From Minisyncoccota bacterium (GTDB lineage Bacteria; Patescibacteriota; Minisyncoccia; Phycocordibacterales; Phycocordibacteraceae): a DNA stretch of 64,000 bases. Numbering within the stretch: the first letter of the stretch is position 1; each line of letters opens with the position of its first letter. This document shows positions 57,308 to 64,000 of this stretch, piece after piece. The stretch spans positions 69,513 to 133,512 of the forward strand of contig DASPLK010000005.1 in the NCBI GenBank assembly GCA_035627595.1, given 5' to 3'. The position numbers and the translations under genes are program-made. The notes under the pieces were generated by a model. It did no database searches and was not told the DNA's origin. It worked only from the letters and a program-made list of their open reading frames with translations.

Positions 57308-58249
57308 TTAATTGCCTTCGGCCGCTTCTCTAGCAAGCGCTTTCAGATATCTGTCGAATGCCTGTTGTGGCATGCCCTGTACGACACCTACCTCCGTGTC
57401 ATCCATCTCTGCGAACACCTTCGCTTCCTCAAGCCCGAGTAGATCCTTGATACGCGGGTCGGAATAGTCGATGCCGGTCGTCACCGCACGCCATCGCTCA
57501 TTCTCGTCCATGGCGGAAAGGGTCTTGTCCACTATCTCCGATACACGAATCCTTCGCTCGAGCGGCGGGAGCGATGCCAGAGCATAGAGCGCATTCGGCT
57601 TCAATCGGATGGTAGAGGGGATCATATCTACTTCCTCCCCCTTCCCCGGTGCGCGGACGGCCATGCCGGTTGTGATATGTATGAGCTCCTGCGGGTACCC
57701 GACGGAAAGCAATGACTCAAGCGCCTCGGGCTTGCCCATGCGCTCTGCGGTCTCGATGAGGTCCGCAGTCACCTCGTCCTTCCAGAGCTTTCCTTCTATG
57801 AGATTTGAGAAGTACTTCGTAAGATTCTCTTTTGCCTTTTCCATGGATTCCGGCTTCTGGAGGTACCGCCGCCGCTTCTTCTCGAGGCTCCCGGTCGTCT
57901 CCATAACAACTGTATCGAACGCGCAGACGAGCGCATCGTTAGGCACTCCCTGCGCAATAACATAGTCGACCTTGTTTCGTGCGACCATAGCAGCGACCAT
58001 CTCATGCATATGCATTGTTCGTCCTTCGACTGCTTCGAATACCCGCTCCTCTACCTCCTCAGGCACGGACGTGCTGGTGGCTTGAGGTATTCCGAGCGCG
58101 CGCAGATTCTCGAGCTTCAGCCGAGAGCCGGAGGCCAGGATCACAGGACCTGTCTTCCACGACTCAAGCAGCTTCTCGGTGTTGGTTGGTGGGCGCTCAT
58201 TTACGCCCCCTGGTCGTTCCATATCCAAATGGTACCACTCACATCTCAT
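57308..58249 (-). CDS. Maf-like nucleotide pyrophosphatase family protein (extended)
   Basis: VILASGSRLKLENLRALGI (Maf ILAS.SPRR..LL..G-like), AFDTVV (Maf DTVV), HITTGMAV (Maf H.V.TGV); 313 aa with insertions. Confidence 0.45.
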   Translation of the reverse strand: MRCEWYHLDMERPGGVNERPPTNTEKLLESWKTGPVILASGSRLKLENLRALGIPQATSTSVPEEVEERVFEAVEGRTMHMHEMVAAMVARNKVDYVIAQGVPNDALVCAFDTVVMETTGSLEKKRRRYLQKPESMEKAKENLTKYFSNLIEGKLWKDEVTADLIETAERMGKPEALESLLSVGYPQELIHITTGMAVRAPGKGEEVDMIPSTIRLKPNALYALASLPPLERRIRVSEIVDKTLSAMDENERWRAVTTGIDYSDPRIKDLLGLEEAKVFAEMDDTEVGVVQGMPQQAFDRYLKALAREAAEGN

Positions 58250-58275
58250 GCAACCTTTACCGAGCGTGAGGTGTT

Positions 58276-58821
58276 ATGGAATGCATGGGTCCTATGAAAG
58301 TAACTACTATCGCCGGCATCAGTCTCGCTGCTGCCTTTCCCCTCCTCATTCCACTTATCGCAATGCAATTTACTAATGAGGTTAATTGGACCGCATTCGA
58401 CTTCGTCTTCGCATGGGTACTACTTTCAGGCGCAGGACTAGCGTTTGTATTCATCGCGTCCAGGAGCAAGAACACGATATACCGGGCAGCGACCGGCCTC
58501 ACAGTCCTCACTGCGCTCCTCCTTGTCTGGGCAAACGGCGCCGTAGGACTCATCGGTAACGAGGACAATCCCGCGAACCTCCTCTACGGTGCAGTGCCAG
58601 CCGTTCTTTTTCTAGGTTCCATACTCGTATGGTTTAGGGCGCGCGGCATGTCGTACGTAGTATTCGCTGCCGCACTTACACAGCTTCTTGTCCCCCTTGT
58701 CGCATTCTTTATCTGGCAGCCGTCTATAGACCAGAACCTCATCAAAGTCGTTGCCGTAAGCTCCTTCTTTGCGGTTCTGTGGGCAGGCGCTGCGCTTCTC
58801 TACCGCCGCGCAGAAGCCTGA
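58276..58821 (+). CDS. hypothetical integral membrane protein
   Basis: 181 aa; five to six TM helices. Confidence 0.45.
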   Translation: MECMGPMKVTTIAGISLAAAFPLLIPLIAMQFTNEVNWTAFDFVFAWVLLSGAGLAFVFIASRSKNTIYRAATGLTVLTALLLVWANGAVGLIGNEDNPANLLYGAVPAVLFLGSILVWFRARGMSYVVFAAALTQLLVPLVAFFIWQPSIDQNLIKVVAVSSFFAVLWAGAALLYRRAEA

Positions 58822-58941
58822 GCAGGGCCATAAGGCGTGACAATCTGAAGAGGCAGACGCAAACATGCGCATCTTCTTCATGAACGCATCAGAATCCTCG
58901 CGGTATGGTGCTACCGTAACCAACTAACAGAGATTCAGACT

Positions 58942-59373
58942 ATGGATAGGACTATGACCATTTGGGTAGTGATCGGCATTGTCGTCATTGCACTCCTCGC
59001 ATTCTTCGCACTTCAGCGACCTGCGACAACCGAGAACATGGTAGAGAACGCAGAAACCTCTACCGAAGAGACTGCCGATGCTGCGGCAGTCCGCACTGAA
59101 GCGGCTGCAGATCTCAATGCGCTTCGCGTACGCGCCGAGGCCGGCGAAACATACGAAGAGCTTCAGGACGAGTTCGCACAGGTGCGCGCACGCCTTGCTG
59201 CCGCATATGAGAATGCTGAGGGCGCGACTGCTGACGAGTGGCAGGAGCTCGAAGCTGGCTTTGACGAGTTCGAAGCGTCCGCGCGCGCGGGGACGAGCAA
59301 CTTCCTCGACTCAATAAGTAGCCTCATGGCACGGTTCTCAGCAGACGTTCGCACTGATACCGAAGTAGAGTAG
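58942..59373 (+). CDS. hypothetical membrane-anchored acidic protein
   Basis: 143 aa; N-terminal TM helix; Ala/Glu-rich coiled-coil-like remainder. Confidence 0.45.
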   Translation: MDRTMTIWVVIGIVVIALLAFFALQRPATTENMVENAETSTEETADAAAVRTEAAADLNALRVRAEAGETYEELQDEFAQVRARLAAAYENAEGATADEWQELEAGFDEFEASARAGTSNFLDSISSLMARFSADVRTDTEVE

Positions 59374-59382
59374 GTCTCCTAG

Positions 59383-59420
59383 CAAGAAGCGCGGCTCCGA
59401 GATGGAGCCGCGCTTCTTGC
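59383..59420 (+). terminator. strong stem-loop terminator
   Basis: gcaagaagcgcggctcc gaga tggagccgcgcttcttgc, 17-bp perfect stem. Confidence 0.65.
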
Positions 59421-59432
59421 TATCATTCCTGC

Positions 59433-60275
59433 ATGCGACATGCCCTCTGTTACTTAGCGGTTATTATCGTCCTTTTAGCCCTTATTGAGTTTCTGTACAT
59501 CTTTACCAAGAAGCCCGAAGCGGATCGCGCTTGGCTTCCCGAGCAGTCACAGACTGCGTACGCGCTTGATACCGGGAGCTTAATCACGATCTTTAATGTA
59601 CGCGACTGGACCTACGGCACCTCCACTCCTCGTTCCACTACCTGGAGTACCGCGACCATTAATCCCAAGGAGATTGTACGTGTCTGGTTCCTTATAGAGC
59701 CGTTCTCTGACTGGGAAGCGGTCGGGCACACCTTTCTCTCCTTCGAGCTTGCTGATGGCAGAGTGTACTCGTTCTCTGTAGAGGCGAGACGGGAAACACA
59801 TGAGACTTATTCCGCTATCAAGGGCGCCTTTAGAGAGTACGAACTCTCATACCAGTGGGGCACGGAGCGCGACTTCATTACGCGCAGGCTCCTCTTCCTT
59901 GATCACCCGCTGCGTCTCTACCCGCTTGATCTTGATCCTGCAGCTTCGCAGACGCTCTTCCGCTCGCTCATAGCCGAGACGAACAAGCTCGCGGAGGAGC
60001 CTCGCTTCTACAACACCCTGTCCGCAAACTGTACGAACGTGCTCGCAAAGATCGTAAACAGGTACTACCCAGGTACCCTGCCGCTCCATCACGCCTGGTA
60101 CCTCACCGGCTACGCTGACCAGTACCTCATGGAGGTGGGCCTCATCCCTACCAAGGGATCCGTGGAGGACACGATGGCCGCGCACGATATTACCAAACAC
60201 AAAGCGGAGCTTGAGGCGCTTGCAACGTCTCCAGCGCAGGACTTCAGCGCGTATCTCCGAACACTGGTTCCCTAG
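59433..60275 (+). CDS. membrane-anchored hypothetical protein (DUF4105-like, tentative)
   Basis: 280 aa; N-terminal TM helix; no catalytic motif recognised. Confidence 0.4.
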   Translation: MRHALCYLAVIIVLLALIEFLYIFTKKPEADRAWLPEQSQTAYALDTGSLITIFNVRDWTYGTSTPRSTTWSTATINPKEIVRVWFLIEPFSDWEAVGHTFLSFELADGRVYSFSVEARRETHETYSAIKGAFREYELSYQWGTERDFITRRLLFLDHPLRLYPLDLDPAASQTLFRSLIAETNKLAEEPRFYNTLSANCTNVLAKIVNRYYPGTLPLHHAWYLTGYADQYLMEVGLIPTKGSVEDTMAAHDITKHKAELEALATSPAQDFSAYLRTLVP

Positions 60276-60283
60276 CTCTAGAC

Positions 60284-60330
60284 AAAAACACCGCGGCACA
60301 CACCGCGGTGTTTTTGTTTTAGTTTTTTCT
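60284..60330. terminator. bidirectional rho-independent terminator
   Basis: aaaaacaccgcgg cacaca ccgcggtgttttt followed by gttttagtttttt. Confidence 0.75.
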
Positions 60331-60331
60331 C

Positions 60332-62089
60332 CTAAAACTCTTCGAATTCAGGAATAACGTTAACGATCACTGAATCAGTGGCTGCGCCGTTGTCACAAGA
60401 GATCACGAACTCGCTCTGGGAGTTGACTGTGCGGACCGCTGTACCATTGGGTACGGTACAAGAATTAGCAGAAACCGTCTGTGAGTATCCAGGACCCGTG
60501 ATTGTACAGCCTGTGTTGATCGCATCTGCGCTCCAGGTAAGGGTTGTGGTTTGGCCCGACCTGACGCGCAGTGGATCTGCAGAGATCTCTACGTCCCTAG
60601 TGCCAGGACATACCGGTGGCGGTGCTGTTGCGACGGTTACGACCGGACAGTTGGCCGCATCCACCGCACCTGTCGCGGAGACCTGCATACCGTAGGAACC
60701 GGCTGAAGCTAGGGTCCTTGTGACAGTTTTGCCGGTACCAAAGCCGGTTGCACCGTCTGCGGCAAGCCAAGAGTACGGCGCGCGTGCACCGTCTGAAGGC
60801 GTCGCGGTGTAGGTGACCGACTCACCCGGAAGAATGGTGGTATCAGAGACTGCGCAGGATACCGAACCGCCATCCACATCAAGTCCAACCCGCATCTCAG
60901 ACCACGGACCGCAGTTGTCTGCCTCTTGGTCCTCAGCGACCCTATTGAGAGAGTCGGCACATGCGCGGAGATAGTAGACGCCTGGACTCGTAAAGGTGTG
61001 TGAGAACTCGATTTGTGAGCTGTTGTACGCACCACCGAAACTCGGTGTCACATCCGTACCCACTGGATTATTAGTGGCGTTTTTACGCTCGAATGAGTGC
61101 GTGACGCCTGCCGGGACCTGATACCCACCCTGGGTCACGATAAGTGACTGAAAGACCGTCGCGACGTTAAGCGGAATACTGAATCCCAATGTGGTGAAAT
61201 CCAAGACCCCGTTTAGCGGCGTCACCATCATTGCAGTCAGGTTCATGTTCTGCGTCGGGAGCGTCCACACTGAGACTCGGGTAGATGCAGTCGCTGTTCC
61301 TTCAGGGCCGGTACAGGTAAGCGTATAGGTCGTGTCCGCAGTCGGCGTCACCGTACGCGCGCCTTGCATCTGGCTGATTGAACCTATGCTGTCTCCCGCA
61401 GCTGTGATTTTTGCGCTTGTTGATTTGGTGCACTTGTACTGGAGCGAGCTGGATTGACCGAACTGGACCGCAGACGGAACCGCGACAATCTGCGCAGTCG
61501 GTCCGCTAATCTGACCTGGCTGACATACCGAGTATCCATTACCGCCAAACTTATACTCCTCGATGCCGGGTCCGTCTCCGCCTGGTATGCCGATGATTAC
61601 CGGAGAATTCGGATGCCGGATCGCGCTCTTTGAGTACCCGTCCGCCATCTTGAGAGCCGTACACGCGTGCATCGGACTTGGGTTAGATGCAGGAGACCAG
61701 AACCCGCGCCAAAGGCAGAAATCGGCCTGCGTTGTTTCGCAGTACGTATTGCAGCCGCCCATGGTTATCTCGCCCGTATCTTCGTTGTAGCTGGAATCCC
61801 GGAATCCGGTACCAAGGATTTCGAATGGGATTGCGTACTCCGCAGCGAGAGACTCACTGCCATACCACTTCGATGGAGGATAGAAGAATGGGTTGCCCGG
61901 ATCGTAGGCCCCGTAGCCCCAAGAGAGACTTTCGGTCGAGAACTTAGTTTGTGTTGTTGAAAGGCCCTTGTCATACGTCACCGGTCCGCAGACTGAAGCC
62001 TTCTGAGCAGACGCTGCTCCTGGTGTCCCAAGCGCAACGAGCGGTAGGACAAGAAGGAGCGCGCGAACGGTAGTGCTAATGCGTGTCAT
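60332..62089 (-). CDS. large Cys-rich secreted protein
   Basis: Signal peptide MTRISTTVRALLLVLPLVALG...ASA from Met at 62089 (ORF-track start 62203 rejected, it overlaps the upstream gene); about 20 Cys; Thr/Ser/Gly-rich beta domains. Confidence 0.6.
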   Translation of the reverse strand: MTRISTTVRALLLVLPLVALGTPGAASAQKASVCGPVTYDKGLSTTQTKFSTESLSWGYGAYDPGNPFFYPPSKWYGSESLAAEYAIPFEILGTGFRDSSYNEDTGEITMGGCNTYCETTQADFCLWRGFWSPASNPSPMHACTALKMADGYSKSAIRHPNSPVIIGIPGGDGPGIEEYKFGGNGYSVCQPGQISGPTAQIVAVPSAVQFGQSSSLQYKCTKSTSAKITAAGDSIGSISQMQGARTVTPTADTTYTLTCTGPEGTATASTRVSVWTLPTQNMNLTAMMVTPLNGVLDFTTLGFSIPLNVATVFQSLIVTQGGYQVPAGVTHSFERKNATNNPVGTDVTPSFGGAYNSSQIEFSHTFTSPGVYYLRACADSLNRVAEDQEADNCGPWSEMRVGLDVDGGSVSCAVSDTTILPGESVTYTATPSDGARAPYSWLAADGATGFGTGKTVTRTLASAGSYGMQVSATGAVDAANCPVVTVATAPPPVCPGTRDVEISADPLRVRSGQTTTLTWSADAINTGCTITGPGYSQTVSANSCTVPNGTAVRTVNSQSEFVISCDNGAATDSVIVNVIPEFEEF

Positions 62090-62093
62090 AGGT

Positions 62094-63083
62094 CTAATTG
62101 GTCTCAAATCCGATAAACGACATACCTGCCGGGAACGACGCAAGCTTCTCGAGGCGCTCCGCACCGCTTGCGATATCATGCGCAACCACCTCGTATCCGC
62201 CATTCTTTGTCATGCGGATTGCATACATGGTGTCACCCGTGAATGCGATCTGCGCATACCCCGCACCGAGCTCGCGCATCGGACGGATCGCAAATGGGTC
62301 GGTGCTGTAGATCTCATAGAGTCCATAGGTCTCTAGCAGCGAGCTATAGAGCGCAAGATACCGTCCGTCATCAGATAGCACGTATGCAGTACCCTCCGAG
62401 CCAACTGGAATATTAGTCGGATTCTGGACTCCGGTAGCAAGGTCTAGAAGGATGAGGCCGCTCTGACCAGCGAAGAGAACCGTGCTCTGATTCTCTGCAC
62501 TCAGGAAGGACGGCGCTGCACCAGTTGCGAGCTCGCGCTCCTGTCCGGTCGCAAGATCAAGGAGCATTACCTTCCACATAGACAAATCAGGCGTGTAGAC
62601 CACATCCCCATCGACATAACTATTAGGCAGTCGCGCGTAGAGTGCGTGCATTCCATCTGCGGATACCGAAAGTCCCGACTTAAGGTCGGTGTCGCTTACA
62701 TGCGTACTACCGCTCTCTCCAAGCGTTACCACCTCGACTAGGCTGCCCTTACGGACAATCGCAATCTCCACGCCGCCAACCTTCTCGTAATCCATGACGC
62801 GCGTTTCTCCCATGTCTTCGCGCTCGAAGTCAGTACCACCAACGCGTACGAGCGTACCGCCAATGTGCCGTGACTGGCCTTCGATAAGAGTGAAGGAGCG
62901 CACTTCTTCCGGAACACTCATTGCGAACCACCACGCGGAGATGCGCTCGCGCACTCCTGGGATAAGTAGCAGTACGCCTAGAAGCACAGCGATTCCTGCC
63001 ACGCTGCCTATTGCGATTAGGGTCTTCCGCGAGAGCTGCAGGCGCAGCCTCTCGTGCTTGGTCGGGGTGGTAATGGTATCCAT
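62094..63083 (-). CDS. membrane-anchored beta-propeller-like periplasmic protein (TolB/WD40-like, tentative)
   Basis: 329 aa; N-terminal TM helix; repeated beta-rich segments; stop abuts the start of the downstream secreted-protein gene. Confidence 0.5.
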   Translation of the reverse strand: MDTITTPTKHERLRLQLSRKTLIAIGSVAGIAVLLGVLLLIPGVRERISAWWFAMSVPEEVRSFTLIEGQSRHIGGTLVRVGGTDFEREDMGETRVMDYEKVGGVEIAIVRKGSLVEVVTLGESGSTHVSDTDLKSGLSVSADGMHALYARLPNSYVDGDVVYTPDLSMWKVMLLDLATGQERELATGAAPSFLSAENQSTVLFAGQSGLILLDLATGVQNPTNIPVGSEGTAYVLSDDGRYLALYSSLLETYGLYEIYSTDPFAIRPMRELGAGYAQIAFTGDTMYAIRMTKNGGYEVVAHDIASGAERLEKLASFPAGMSFIGFETN

Positions 63084-63163
63084 AGTAAATAGTTAAAATC
63101 CGCTGGTAACTGGGATACCTAATATGGTACCTGTATACCGGCATATTGGGGACACTTATACCC

Positions 63164-63197
63164 AAACACACGCCCCTCGCTGAGGGGCGTGTGTTTT
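63164..63197. terminator. bidirectional rho-independent terminator
   Basis: aaacacacgcccctc gctga ggggcgtgtgtttt. Confidence 0.7.
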
Positions 63198-63215
63198 GCC
63201 TTTCTAAGCAATTAC

Positions 63216-63500
63216 TTACTCCGTCGCATCTGTATCGTCGGTACTTGTGCCGAGATTTATAGTCGACGTACTGTTTATGGTGGTGTTATTGACTGTTGGA
63301 GGTGGAATAACGACACTACCTGTGTCCGTATCGGTGTTCTCCACCTGCGTCTCCGTGCCGGCTGTGTCTGTCTCCCGACCAAAGAGGTTCGGGAAGAACA
63401 GGAGTGCCAGCAGGATAAGAAGCACAATGCCGAGGATAGCGGCGATTAGACCGCCGATACCGCCACGGTTATCGCCCGGATTGTTTATGATATCTGCCAT
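63216..63500 (-). CDS. small hypothetical membrane protein
   Basis: 94 aa; Gly-rich N-terminus, one TM helix, Thr/Asp-rich tail. Confidence 0.35.
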   Translation of the reverse strand: MADIINNPGDNRGGIGGLIAAILGIVLLILLALLFFPNLFGRETDTAGTETQVENTDTDTGSVVIPPPTVNNTTINSTSTINLGTSTDDTDATE

Positions 63501-63640
63501 GAATCGTTACGGTAAGGAGTAACCTTAAAATGGTAGGACGCGGGCCGTGAGGATAAGATTAACGGTCAGAAGTGCCCTTCCTTGCCGTCTACACGCATAC
63601 ACGGTAAGGTTCATACCGCTTACACGCTACATCCGTATAG

Positions 63641-63946
63641 TTGAAACCTATGATACAAAATAAGCTTCCCTGGATCATTTCGGCCGTGCTCGCCGGACTC
63701 CTTATCATCGTCACTTTCCTCTGGATTGACGCAGTGTCCCGCCTTGATAGCGGCAACCTGTCCGCACAGAAGGACGTCATTCGTGAGGCCTGCGCCGCAA
63801 CCGATGACGAGAGCCGTGCGCGCTGTCAGGCAGAGCTCGCTGACCTTGAGGTCATGCTCGAGGACTTTGCCGAAGGTCTTAATGAGGCACCTCAGGCAGA
63901 GGTTGAACTTGTCGCAACCACAACCGCGACCAGCACCCGTCGCTAA
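63641..63946 (+). CDS. small hypothetical membrane-anchored protein
   Basis: 101 aa; TM helix, then acidic coiled-coil region. Confidence 0.4.
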   Translation: MKPMIQNKLPWIISAVLAGLLIIVTFLWIDAVSRLDSGNLSAQKDVIREACAATDDESRARCQAELADLEVMLEDFAEGLNEAPQAEVELVATTTATSTRR

Positions 63947-63958
63947 AGACGATACGCT

Positions 63959-63991
63959 TAAAACGCCCCGTAGGTACCTGCGGGGCGTTTT
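63959..63991 (+). terminator. rho-independent terminator
   Basis: aaaacgccccg taggtacct gcggggcgtttt. Confidence 0.7.
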
Positions 63992-64000
63992 GCCGTTCAG

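Noticed and set aside
62090-62203. Upstream start of the Cys-rich secreted protein
   Set aside because: It overlaps the upstream gene by 110 nt. The internal Met at 62089 is followed by a canonical signal peptide.

Overview
This is a gene-dense, roughly 55% GC, 64-kb chromosomal window with most genes on the minus strand.

Core content I can support from motifs:
- metK, preceded by a candidate SAM-I riboswitch
- pyrG, ftsE/ftsX, prfB, ligA, gatC/gatA, recG, ftsH, nfi, a malic enzyme gene
- smpB immediately followed by a tmRNA gene
- nine tRNA genes
- a compact type IV pilus operon: pilM-N-O, pilB, a CheY-like receiver, pilT, pilC, two pilins, pilD and four pseudopilins

Many small secreted or membrane proteins, several with PG_binding_1 domains, and short versions of housekeeping genes give a gene-content pattern reminiscent of small-genome Patescibacteria/CPR-like bacteria. 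That is inference only.

The main accessory feature is a roughly 5.5-kb island (about 2856-8281) that abuts the 3' end of tRNA-Gln. It carries:
- a MutH/Sau3AI-family endonuclease divergent from a C5 cytosine methyltransferase
- a convergent Vsr very-short-patch endonuclease
- a MutL/MORC-like GHKL ATPase whose 5' region carries two 36-bp direct repeats
- a Pol-beta-type nucleotidyltransferase gene bracketed by 28-bp direct repeats
- an untranslatable gene remnant next to the tRNA

This combination of a MutH-like nuclease, a MutL-like ATPase, Vsr and Dcm is the most interesting candidate system in the window.

Other notable items:
- an alternative-oxidase-like di-iron protein
- a tRNA-Ile with a UAU anticodon
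- an initiator-like tRNA-Met with an A1:A72 mismatch
- a family of secreted paralogues sharing an N-terminal IAALQAQ(I/L)AAL motif
- a membrane-anchored HEPN-like protein

No CRISPR array and no intact transposase were seen.
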